NCBI GenBank assembly: GCA_937625935.1
Contig: OW569348.1
Coordinates: 372,001-436,000, forward strand
Direction of reading: 5' to 3'
Origin: Tetramitus jugosus
Taxonomy: Eukaryota > Protista > Heterolobosea
Length of the DNA: 64,000 nt
Below, one piece after another: positions 55,701-64,000 of this stretch (position 1 is the stretch's first letter; the number at the start of each line of letters is the position of its first letter). Under the pieces are notes generated by a model. The model worked only from the letters and a program-made list of their open reading frames with translations, had not been told where the DNA came from and did not search any database. The position numbers were made by a program, and so were the translations under genes.

Positions 55701-58700
55701 CTAACTCTCAGCAATGAATATGTGGTATCAATTGAGGAGAAATGGATTGTTGTAAATAATGTAATTGTTACTGGTGGAACTCTCAACGGGGAATCGAGCG
55801 CTTCAGCTCAGCTTCTGCTTTCGTACGGTCAACTCGAGCAAAAGTTGCGTATTCCTGTCTCCATAAAGCCTGGAATACCAAAAAAGCTCGAGTTTACTGC
55901 AGCGACGAGAGATCAAGTGAGTAGTAGTCCTGTTGTCAGAGAAGTTATCAAAATGGAATTGTATGCCGTCGACTCATGGAACAACAAAATATTTAACTCT
56001 GGTAATGATACGTTGCTTAAATTAAGAGCAGAAGGTCCAGACCTGGAATCTTCTTGCGTTGTGTCATTGAATGAAAAAGGTTTATTCGAGTTTGTTGGTG
56101 AAAAAACGCTGGTCATTCGCGAGGATACAACTAAAACGGAGGAATACAACATTCAGTTAACGTTCGTACTCTTGGATAGCGATGACTCAATATGTATCTT
56201 TGATAACAAACCCGTCAGCTCGTCAGTCAGACTCACAGTCTCGCCTGGATCTCAACTAACTCCCTCTGCTATCAAGATATATCCCAGAAGTGGGCAGGAA
56301 TCATTTGTGAAATCTACAACAACGTTCAGCGCAAATATTGAAGCAGTTGTGAGTGAGGAACTCTCAGAATGGAGACTTCAGCTCCTGGATCACAATCGAG
56401 ATGTAATGACAAGTTTTAACGGAATCTGTTTACCTTCTTGGGATAAGAGCAAGTGCATTGTTACGAATGGCGAATGTAAATTGCCTGTGTTCGTCATTCC
56501 CACAGTTCACGATAAGAAAACAGAACTTCGACTTTCATTTCGTCCAAACGAAGAAGACGAAGACAACTCTTTCATATATCGAATGGAGGTGACCTCCATC
56601 ATCGGGAAGCCAGTTAAATTGAAACACAAGCAGAAAGGAAAGAAACAAAAGATAGTCAAGAGTTGTTGCGAGTCGTTCCATATTGACTTCACTCTCCAAG
56701 ATACGTTCGGTAATGAATACGATATGCAAAAGCATCATGAGAGTCATGAAGAGGTAGCACTGATAAGTCCTATTGTAACTCTTGAGCCTGTCGAGAAGGA
56801 TGCAGGAAGCAATGTTATCCCAATGAATCAAGAGAATATGGAGCTAAGAATAACATCAGAAGGTGTGTGGCGACTTCAAAATGTTCAGTTTAAGGGACCA
56901 AAAGGTCAATATGTGCTTTCTATTAAGGATTCGGCCAAAATTGCCAAGTCAGCGAAAGTGAACTTTGAGTTAAATGCCGGTCCTCCAGTATCCATCAAAG
57001 TGAATGATCTGTCTTCTCCTACCTTTTCTGTAATCAATTACGGTACGCTGCCAACATTGACTGTCGCTGCCTATGATGAATATGGTAATGTTGTGTCACT
57101 GGATGAATCAGCTGCCATCAATATGGATGACTCTAGTGGATTTGAGATATTACATTGCACCGGTAGCTCCGCTGCTTCAATGGAGTCAGATGATCAGGGA
57201 CGTTACGTGATACCACAACTCAGAGTAATTGGCGCACCAGGAAAACACAAGTTTACATTAGAGTTTGAAAAAATTGAACTCCAGATTGATATTGCGATCG
57301 ACCTTCAGCCATCCCCTTTCCATCCAACAACAATCGAAATTCTGAACAAGATCTCCAAGCAAGTGTGTGCCGGCACTACAATCGGTCCCTTTGAAATTAT
57401 GGTTAGAGCAGAGAACGGACAAAATACAAGAACACCTAGACCTGTTGTTCTGGAAGTAGAGGCTCCCGATGAAAAACGCATACATACATCCATACCTCCA
57501 CATACACAGGTCACACAAGACTTTACGTACAAGTTCCCGGACAGCGAGAAGTTTATCACAAAGTCTGGGCCATATCGATACAAGTTCTATGCTGATTTGG
57601 GTGATTTGCCTTATGGGTCCCAGTTGAACGAAGACAAAGTCGTTCAAGAAATGGCCTTCATTGTGACTAATGGTGCACCATCAAAGATTGATACCAGACC
57701 AACCGACTTCCAACTGCCAGCCGTTACGAACTCGGATGATCCTTCGCGAATGACATTTTTTGAGGAACTAACTGTCGTTGTAGTTGATGACTATCACAAT
57801 ATTGCTACAGATTGTACGGGAATTGTCAGCCTGTCTGTTGAGTCAACAAATGGTGAATCAGCAAATGTTCCGCTTCTAGAGGGACAACTACAAGTCGAGA
57901 TTCAGAATGGAAGAGCAAAGTTTAGAGATATCAAGCTGAAACCTAATAGTGGTAAATCAGGACTATACAAGCTGGTATTCTCGAGTGACGATTTGAACTC
58001 GAAAGAGCTCGAATTTTGCTTTACTGATGACAGTGTACTGCTAGAGAAGCAAAACAAGTTGCACCAAAAGAGATTAAAGATTCTCGAAAAGATAACTGAG
58101 CAGGAGAATACTCTAGAGCAAGCAAAGATTAGATATGAAGAAGCATCGAGATTACTTTCAAACTACGACAGAGAAGTCACTCATATAGGAGAAGAGTTGG
58201 AACAATTAAGTCCTGATTTTAAGAACAAAGATTGGCAAACAGAGAACATTGACAAATTGATTGTATCCGTGAAAAAGAAACTACTGTCCAAGAAGAAAAA
58301 GTCTCAAAGTATTCGTTCGGCCAAGTTTGGATTGGAGGACAATCCCTCTTTGCAACACGTCTTAAAATTGAAGGAGCAAGATGGCGAATCGAGCGATATT
58401 GTAGGTATTTTGGCTGATTTAGGCTTTGTCGAGGATGAAACATTGGACAAAATTATATCCAAGCAGTTTGGTGCATTGATGCAGCTCGTCATTGTGAATA
58501 ACCGTGTAGCAGCTGATAAGCTGAAGAAACAAATGGAAAAACTGCCGAAAATAACAATCTTGCCACTAGATAACATGGCGATGGAAGTGAAGCAGGACAA
58601 CAATGGTATGTGTTTGCTTGAAGATCTAAGCAAGTTCTCTCATAACGGAGAGGATGAGACAAATGATGCAGAAGAAAACGGATTCATTGGCTACGTGTGT

Positions 58701-59531
58701 AATATGATCCAACTACAGAGAGAACACATCCATCTACGACCTGCATTCTTTACCATTGTTAAGGACTGCGCAGTATTTAAAACATATGATCTTGGAATGC
58801 AGTTCCGTAGACAGAGACTATACGCGAAGAAGCGATGTCCAAAGATTATAACACTCGATGGTCAAACCATTGAATCCCAAGGTTTTATTTATGCAGGAAA
58901 GGACAATAGTGCGTTCCCATATCGCTTTGGACAATTGTCTCTGTCCTCAGATCCCTACTTCACGAATCTGAATATGAGAGAAGAAAAGCTGAATCAAATG
59001 AAGAAAACATTAGAAAAGCGCAGAATATACTTTGAAGGTGAATACGCTGAGGCCGAGAACGAATTTAAGCAGATTGAAAAATCTGTTCGAAAAGAGCTGA
59101 ATGATTGGAAGCAGAAGCATCACATTCTTCAAGAACGATTACGAAAACTGTCCATGGGTGGAACACACATTGAAGAAGTGGAAGACGACATCGAAGTTGA
59201 TGACTCCGACAAAATAGTTAACAATAGTATGAACGACGATGAACTACTGGACTCTCCACCTTCGAGTGCTAAAAGAAACAAGAAATCAAAAGCAAAGAAG
59301 GCCTCGCCCACCGAAAAAATATCAGGTAAGAAACGCTCGTCGCGCAGCCGTCCTCGCTCACCAGATCTGTTCGCTGAGGAGCCGGGAGGTGACGAAATTA
59401 CAGAATTCAGTGATGTTGAGGATCAAGTTGAGAATTGGAGTTCAGACGATGATCACAAAGCGCCATCCTTCACTCCTACGACTAAAGCCACAAGGTCACA
59501 ACCCAAACGTAAAAGATCAAGACAGAATTGA
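52770..59531 (+). CDS. SMCHD1: SMCHD1 orthologue (UBL - GHKL ATPase - transducer - Ig-like repeats - coiled coil - SMC hinge)
   Basis: IMPHVNILIHGG..ALAELIDNS, IWDNGRGM, DFSRYGVGSKKAIF, LGHIYHYYLFGPKGN, FECFWNGRL, CYRRIKGMLF..FEVSANKL, WLKSCH..YD. Hinge: GILADLGFV..KITILPLD..KIITLDG..I.SQG. Confidence 0.92.
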   Translation: MSLMFDDEDDITPTTKRTNHKNHDAEEMGDGEDDRLFNDVDEITSSILMSQQKKKRQASKKSKPSQTQKSSSSTQQKSSKRRRKNSDDDDDMNLFGEDVASASTATATTRTARTTTQHNNNEKHSSKKRKKDDVIVDYAPDVIDLDEVVTMIRIVNAHTNQSFTIEKPRRFSQLEEQMCKLFQIRRKDIEQISNLMDCDVKSDSQLMNESTNTILLYLKGGSSQNSSPSTATAVTATTTAAVTTTEAKTKVTTEADIMPHVNILIHGGDEYDFITALAELIDNSIQNTCMNSGERIIDIFMDKTVRENDQEEYKLHIWDNGRGMDYNGVVEWARMGVTRPPPINKDMLLSMPKSRTDMYLTNDFSRYGVGSKKAIFNLGDQVTMCSRARNQRLVTETTLSKAKLEADFERGKQAQWKINVDSRTPSEQEANRPSFTHITISNLKEVYVAKYDSATVRRQLGHIYHYYLFGPKGNKGRDLENDHTEDEEEERDIKGYMRNVTIRVDGKSIKSKPENDLESMYLQLGANPWTFDLRVTATVRDFDTDGITQVSQARNKIQSNVKGVLLYFPYRNGKETLPIPNQSVYDDNLDEIPLSERDPGFECFWNGRLLSGEKSIKNFPFMIKDKTRDIPDVCYRRIKGMLFLDSAFEVSANKLYLCKQTPLCQALIQYDDRKLKSGFKKWLKSCHMEYDEEIKYGEIDSEETNKHQRGVTFYRDVTYGSQKYQVGTKVSLSTRPKVIGTITAIFLDASSQDYGCSVVIQEYNGQEEAEDEDTVTSTHNISKIEKILSAADFKKEKEKMSKRKPSHIDLMETTKVPINQKLPPVSPVEAGFVLKYITVGIFCGDNKVHTKDGAITLKITNETTQKEYPEITSHQPMDKSGRHCFKPTALIPKFIEAGKYIFEFSSDKLKSKLYSLVVTPAAPHHLSPTDCTDLELSLGIPSTISSLNLADQYENKIDLADVSVSAKEVVVNISTDTLTLSNEYVVSIEEKWIVVNNVIVTGGTLNGESSASAQLLLSYGQLEQKLRIPVSIKPGIPKKLEFTAATRDQVSSSPVVREVIKMELYAVDSWNNKIFNSGNDTLLKLRAEGPDLESSCVVSLNEKGLFEFVGEKTLVIREDTTKTEEYNIQLTFVLLDSDDSICIFDNKPVSSSVRLTVSPGSQLTPSAIKIYPRSGQESFVKSTTTFSANIEAVVSEELSEWRLQLLDHNRDVMTSFNGICLPSWDKSKCIVTNGECKLPVFVIPTVHDKKTELRLSFRPNEEDEDNSFIYRMEVTSIIGKPVKLKHKQKGKKQKIVKSCCESFHIDFTLQDTFGNEYDMQKHHESHEEVALISPIVTLEPVEKDAGSNVIPMNQENMELRITSEGVWRLQNVQFKGPKGQYVLSIKDSAKIAKSAKVNFELNAGPPVSIKVNDLSSPTFSVINYGTLPTLTVAAYDEYGNVVSLDESAAINMDDSSGFEILHCTGSSAASMESDDQGRYVIPQLRVIGAPGKHKFTLEFEKIELQIDIAIDLQPSPFHPTTIEILNKISKQVCAGTTIGPFEIMVRAENGQNTRTPRPVVLEVEAPDEKRIHTSIPPHTQVTQDFTYKFPDSEKFITKSGPYRYKFYADLGDLPYGSQLNEDKVVQEMAFIVTNGAPSKIDTRPTDFQLPAVTNSDDPSRMTFFEELTVVVVDDYHNIATDCTGIVSLSVESTNGESANVPLLEGQLQVEIQNGRAKFRDIKLKPNSGKSGLYKLVFSSDDLNSKELEFCFTDDSVLLEKQNKLHQKRLKILEKITEQENTLEQAKIRYEEASRLLSNYDREVTHIGEELEQLSPDFKNKDWQTENIDKLIVSVKKKLLSKKKKSQSIRSAKFGLEDNPSLQHVLKLKEQDGESSDIVGILADLGFVEDETLDKIISKQFGALMQLVIVNNRVAADKLKKQMEKLPKITILPLDNMAMEVKQDNNGMCLLEDLSKFSHNGEDETNDAEENGFIGYVCNMIQLQREHIHLRPAFFTIVKDCAVFKTYDLGMQFRRQRLYAKKRCPKIITLDGQTIESQGFIYAGKDNSAFPYRFGQLSLSSDPYFTNLNMREEKLNQMKKTLEKRRIYFEGEYAEAENEFKQIEKSVRKELNDWKQKHHILQERLRKLSMGGTHIEEVEDDIEVDDSDKIVNNSMNDDELLDSPPSSAKRNKKSKAKKASPTEKISGKKRSSRSRPRSPDLFAEEPGGDEITEFSDVEDQVENWSSDDDHKAPSFTPTTKATRSQPKRKRSRQN

Positions 59532-59561
59532 TTCTTTATCAATAATTGGGAGTGAATTCCC

Positions 59562-60497
59562 TCAGAGAATAAATGGCACTACAGCCCACCTTCTCTTTAC
59601 TTTGCCTTGGGTTGAATCCTCTTCTAACTTCAAGTATGACTGGTGTGTCTGCCATCCTGTAAATGCCAAATTCGTACAGACGAATACAACCATCAGACAG
59701 AGTGCAACAGTTTGCAAGGACATAGAGAAAGGGAGCCCTACCAGAATTGCAACAACAAAGCAAGAATATAGCATAATCTCTGCACAGTAATGTGGGCATG
59801 ACAAATAATTGTACCAGTCGCCGTGACCAAACGGTGACTGATATTGTTCCTTCAATGTTCCATCACTCATCTTGACCTTCTTTTTCTCCAGATTTGCCAA
59901 TATCCAATGGCAGTTGTATTGATGCTTTGATATATACGCGAACACTACTAAGAACAAGCCGTACAAAACAATTCTGACAGGGCGTGAGGATACTGAAAAG
60001 TGCTCCTTGACTTCAAGACTTCCAAGAAGGATCGTTGGACAGGACAATACATAGAAACCAATTCCAGCAAGCGACACGAGTATTCGGACTCTGGAACCAG
60101 GTCCTTTACGGGCAAACTTGTGCACACAGAAACATTCGTACACTCTCCGTAATAAATGAGCTTGATAGCATAGTGAAAAGAAGGTGAAGCCATGTTGGAA
60201 CATGAGGCACATGTTGTAAACACTGGCTAACACGTACATGAATTGCCAGTGGAAAAACTTTGGAATGTGCAAGTCCCAGAGCAAAATTCGTCGAAGGAAT
60301 TGCTTACTTGAATTGCTCGCTGGTGTACTCTCATCAGTCGACTCCCTTTGACCATAGTTTAAGAATTGAGAGTAATCAGGCCACAGAAATCGCAGCAGAT
60401 AAGCACAAATAACAACAAGCCAACCAATCACAACCAAAATAGAGAATAACCTCTCCTCGATTCGAAAACAAAAGAGATCTTTGATTGACGATACCAT
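59562..60497 (-). CDS. SRD5A3: Polyprenol/polyprenal reductase (SRD5A3/DFG10-like, steroid 5-alpha-reductase family)
   Basis: FLNYG, HLLRRVYEC, HQYNCHWILANL, YQSP..GDWYNYLSCPHYCAEIMLY, NLAFTG..THQSY, RWAVVPFIL; hydrophobic. Confidence 0.88.
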   Translation of the reverse strand: MVSSIKDLFCFRIEERLFSILVVIGWLVVICAYLLRFLWPDYSQFLNYGQRESTDESTPASNSSKQFLRRILLWDLHIPKFFHWQFMYVLASVYNMCLMFQHGFTFFSLCYQAHLLRRVYECFCVHKFARKGPGSRVRILVSLAGIGFYVLSCPTILLGSLEVKEHFSVSSRPVRIVLYGLFLVVFAYISKHQYNCHWILANLEKKKVKMSDGTLKEQYQSPFGHGDWYNYLSCPHYCAEIMLYSCFVVAILVGLPFSMSLQTVALCLMVVFVCTNLAFTGWQTHQSYLKLEEDSTQGKVKRRWAVVPFIL

Positions 60498-60546
60498 TGT
60501 TTGAATTGCTTTTTTTCTCCGAGTATCCCAGATTTATTATTTTGGC

Positions 60547-63500
60547 TTAGAACAAATTGTCACCAAAGAGAGCATCGTCATCAAGTGTCAACCCATTCAG
60601 ATCCGATTGTTGGTTGTCTTCTACGTTGCTCGATGAATCAGTGGATTGTGGCATACCAGCGAAATTGAATCCAGGAATTGACATTGCTCCAGTGAAGAAT
60701 GCAGACATCAGATCAACAGCATCATTATAGATGACTGAACCCTCTTGGTTGTACTTTTGAGCATTGGACACCATCAATGAAATATCATTTTGCATATCCT
60801 GCACCGACGAGTATTGGCAGTTCACAATCTTGGAACGAACATCACCAAGGCATATTGGTTGTGAAATTACTTGATAATAATCCGCGTATGCTTTCTTATC
60901 TGGCAGTTCCATGAACATTCCACTCACCCAATGTCCATCAGTTGGACTCATCAGTTGTGTCAAGTTCTTGTACACTGCATAGAGTTTTCTCTGCATATCT
61001 GTGCTCAGTAATGGGTCGGCCTCTTCTTCAGTCTTCTTTTTCTTGCCTCTGGGACGACCTACACTCTTTGAACCAGTAGTTTTCTTCTGTCTCTTGCTGC
61101 TTCTTCTTGACTTTGAACCAAAATCTTCGTCTTCTTCTTCTTCCTCCTCTTCCTCTTCATCTTCGTCTCGTCTTCGCTTTGATCGAGAGGCTGAGGCTTC
61201 TGAGTCCAAGTCAGCAAATCCATCTTCATCATCAGACATTAAGAATTCGTCGTCCCGGAAGCCATCGTCATAGTTTGCGGTGGTTCGACTTCTTTGACCG
61301 CGACCCAAATCCACTATCCTTTCTTTAGTTGCCTCCTCAATCGTTTGATCTGATTTGGCGAGCCAATCTGGGAACTCTTTCTCTACTAACAGCCTTGGTG
61401 GGACTGGTTGATTCTTCTCCTTCCAATACGACTCTTCCTCCTTGGCCTTCTCGTCATCCATCTTTTGGAAAAGCTCAAACTCTTCCTCAGAACGAGCCAT
61501 CATCTCATTTAATGACTCATCACTCGGAATGTCATACTTGCGATCAGCATCCTCGGTCTCCATCAACTTTTGCAACAGTTCCTTACGCTCAGAATCTGTT
61601 GCATTCTGATTGAACTTACCAGCACCAATAATCTTGGCTTCAGTGTTACGCTTCTCGTTTGCTCGTGCCAACACTTCCTGCTCAAACAGAGTGGCAGTAA
61701 CAAGTGTGAACACTCTGACTGGATTCTTTTGACCGATACGATGAGCACGGGCCATAGCTTGCAAATCTTGTTGCGGATTCCAATCACTATCAAAAATGAT
61801 GACCGTGTCAGCAGCTTGCAAGTTCAATCCAAGACCACCAGCTCTCGTACTGAGAATAAAGATGTATATGTCAGAATCAGGATGATTAAACGATTTGACC
61901 AAGTGTCCTCTCTCATCAGACTTGACATCACCATCAAGTCTCATAAATTTCCAGTTTTTGTATCGGAAATAATCCTCCATGAGATCCAACACCTGAGTCA
62001 TCTGACTGAATATTAAGCTCTTGTGGCCAGTGTGGATCAACTTTGGTAACATTCGATCCAACAGCTCAAATTTGCCACTCGCACGAATCAAATCACGGTC
62101 AGAGAAATGAGCTGACCAATCATCAAGGAAGATGAACGGATGGTTGCACACCTTACGCAACTGAATCACTGGATTCATGAAATTCTTCACCTTTCTCTGA
62201 CCCGCCTTTCCATCATTCACTACTAGTGCCTTTTGCTTAATTTGTTGATAGTATTTTCGTTGAAGATCAGATATGTCTGAGCAAATCACCTTTTCGACCT
62301 TTTCTGGCAACTGGGACAGTACATCAGCCTTCTCACGACGCAACAAGAATGGCCGCAGAACTTGATGCAAACGATTAATAATAATGTACATCTCTTCATT
62401 TTCTACGTCGACCTTATCTGATAAACCGTCGCTAAACCATGTTTCGAACCCAGCAAACTCTCCGAAAACCTTTGGAGCCAAAAAGTGCAAAAGTGACCAC
62501 AACTCCTTCAAGTCATTCTGCAATGGCGTACCAGTCAACAACAATCTGTGCTTTGACTTGTACGTCTGCAAACTAGTCACCAACTTTGAATTTGCATTCT
62601 TGATACGATGACCCTCATCAATAATAATATAATTCCAATCAATCTTCTTCAGGTATGCCATATCCTTCTTTCTACTGATAAACTCGTACTGTGTGAGAAC
62701 TACATTAAACTTTTTTGTTCTAAACTGGTTCTGTTGAATCTTCTTTCGCTCCGCAGGCAATCCTCCATAAACTACAACATCCAACGATGGACACCACTTC
62801 TCAAACTCAATTTTCCAGTTATCAATCGTGGAGAGTGGCATAATGATCAAGTGAGGTCCCTTGTTGCCCTTGTATTCGAGCAAGTAAGAGAGAAGGGCAA
62901 TAGTCTGAATGGTTTTACCCAGACCCATCTCATCAGCCAAAATACCATTCAGACGATTGTTGTACAGAGAAACCATCCATTGCAAACCTTGCAATTGGTA
63001 CTCCTTGAGATCTCCTCCATTGAGAAATGAGGGTTGCTTGTCAATCACTTCGGTCAGCCTGTGAGCAATCTTGTAATATCCGCTTGACTCCTTGATCTCA
63101 TGTGGCTTATGCTCCTCAGTCTCCTCAACAGCTCGATCCTGAATCAACTGAGCACCAAGCTTTCTCAGCAAATCATCAGTCTGTGTAATCAAATCATTCA
63201 GTCTGTCATTCTTTGTATCCTTGATCGCTCTCTTATAAGCTTCAATATCATTGCCCTTCAACATGTCCAGACGAGCCTTCTTCTCTCTCTTCTCCTTCTC
63301 CTTTTGACGACGTGCTCTCTTTTCGAACTCTGTTGCCAATTGAGAATTGATCTTATCTACATGCTTCTTACGATTCTTGGTATAAAAGTCCTTAATTGTC
63401 TTCTTGTTGGCAGTCACATCAAGCAAAAACTTTTTCCTCTCCGCAATCTTTTTCTGTTGCTCTTCAATCTCGGATTTTCTCTTCTTTCGATCCGTTTGTC

Positions 63501-64000
63501 TCTTCTCCTTCTCCAATTGTTTCTTGGTTTTTTGAGATCTCGCACTTCCCATGCGATTCTGGTCCAGTGGTTCAATCTCTGATAAAATCTCACCTCGAAG
63601 TCGCTTCTGTGCTCTCAACAACTCCAACTGTTTCATTCCAATGGTGGCCTGAATTTTTTCATGTTGAGAAGTGTTTGGATTGATGATAATGTTCTTGTAC
63701 TCGAGATGCTTCACTCGAATCTTGAACTGGATACGCTTCTCACGCTCCTGATACAGATGCTTGAGATCCATTTGATTTGGTTTTATGAGCAACTGATTCT
63801 CTGCAATTTTTTGAGTGGAATACAATTGTTGAACTGCGTGTTGTGGTGGATAACCACTGCCATTCATTGGAGGAGCACCACCATTTGCTACACCTTGCTG
63901 TGCTGACATTCGATGCTGTTGCTGTTGTTGTTGAGCGAGTTGCTGTGGTGTGAGTTGTTGGTGTGGCTGTTGTTGTTGAAGAGTGGATCCTGGCATCTTT
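60547..64000 (-). CDS. SMARCA4: SWI/SNF ATPase SNF2/BRG1/BRM (HSA, SNF2 helicase, SnAC, bromodomain); N-terminus may extend beyond the window
   Basis: LKEYQLQGLQWMVSLYNNRLNGILADEMGLGKTIQTI, IDEGHRIKN, QAMARAHRIGQ, LNEMMARSEEEFELF, GRGQR, and FMELPDKKAYADYYQVISQPI...NAQKYNQEGS bromodomain. Confidence 0.95.
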   Translation of the reverse strand, partial: KMPGSTLQQQQPHQQLTPQQLAQQQQQQHRMSAQQGVANGGAPPMNGSGYPPQHAVQQLYSTQKIAENQLLIKPNQMDLKHLYQEREKRIQFKIRVKHLEYKNIIINPNTSQHEKIQATIGMKQLELLRAQKRLRGEILSEIEPLDQNRMGSARSQKTKKQLEKEKRQTDRKKRKSEIEEQQKKIAERKKFLLDVTANKKTIKDFYTKNRKKHVDKINSQLATEFEKRARRQKEKEKREKKARLDMLKGNDIEAYKRAIKDTKNDRLNDLITQTDDLLRKLGAQLIQDRAVEETEEHKPHEIKESSGYYKIAHRLTEVIDKQPSFLNGGDLKEYQLQGLQWMVSLYNNRLNGILADEMGLGKTIQTIALLSYLLEYKGNKGPHLIIMPLSTIDNWKIEFEKWCPSLDVVVYGGLPAERKKIQQNQFRTKKFNVVLTQYEFISRKKDMAYLKKIDWNYIIIDEGHRIKNANSKLVTSLQTYKSKHRLLLTGTPLQNDLKELWSLLHFLAPKVFGEFAGFETWFSDGLSDKVDVENEEMYIIINRLHQVLRPFLLRREKADVLSQLPEKVEKVICSDISDLQRKYYQQIKQKALVVNDGKAGQRKVKNFMNPVIQLRKVCNHPFIFLDDWSAHFSDRDLIRASGKFELLDRMLPKLIHTGHKSLIFSQMTQVLDLMEDYFRYKNWKFMRLDGDVKSDERGHLVKSFNHPDSDIYIFILSTRAGGLGLNLQAADTVIIFDSDWNPQQDLQAMARAHRIGQKNPVRVFTLVTATLFEQEVLARANEKRNTEAKIIGAGKFNQNATDSERKELLQKLMETEDADRKYDIPSDESLNEMMARSEEEFELFQKMDDEKAKEEESYWKEKNQPVPPRLLVEKEFPDWLAKSDQTIEEATKERIVDLGRGQRSRTTANYDDGFRDDEFLMSDDEDGFADLDSEASASRSKRRRDEDEEEEEEEEEDEDFGSKSRRSSKRQKKTTGSKSVGRPRGKKKKTEEEADPLLSTDMQRKLYAVYKNLTQLMSPTDGHWVSGMFMELPDKKAYADYYQVISQPICLGDVRSKIVNCQYSSVQDMQNDISLMVSNAQKYNQEGSVIYNDAVDLMSAFFTGAMSIPGFNFAGMPQSTDSSSNVEDNQQSDLNGLTLDDDALFGDNLF

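Overview
Gene-dense eukaryotic nuclear DNA, probably a free-living protist. A Naegleria-like heterolobosean is a plausible guess from gene content and style but is not established. The standard genetic code fits. Introns are short GT-AG types (about 50-155 nt, with GTATGT/GTAAGT-type donors), intergenic gaps are mostly tiny, and many proteins carry poly-N/Q/H/S/D tracts. About 25 protein genes and one tRNA-Tyr are supported. The genes are thiolase, ERG4, CSTPP1/TPGS1-like, SCaMC carrier, CABLES-like cyclin, Maelstrom, SHAQKYF Myb, a giant beta-helix protein, Hsp70, a phage/virus-type dNMP kinase, PPR, CSB/ERCC6, CLN3, LYS1, DUS2, ETFRF1, TTC5, TBC RabGAP, BAR-RhoGAP, BEACH, SMCHD1, polyprenol reductase, SNF2/BRG1 and several orphans. 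The most notable observations are: (1) a full-length, strikingly animal-like SMCHD1; (2) a Maelstrom that keeps DEDDh nuclease residues as well as the ECHC zinc site, which with SMCHD1 hints at an RNA-guided chromatin-silencing toolkit in a protist; (3) a probable CUG-initiated CABLES gene; (4) a viral/phage-type dNMP kinase. No CRISPR array, rRNA or recognisable transposon was seen. All family calls rest on motif recognition by eye; no searches were run.
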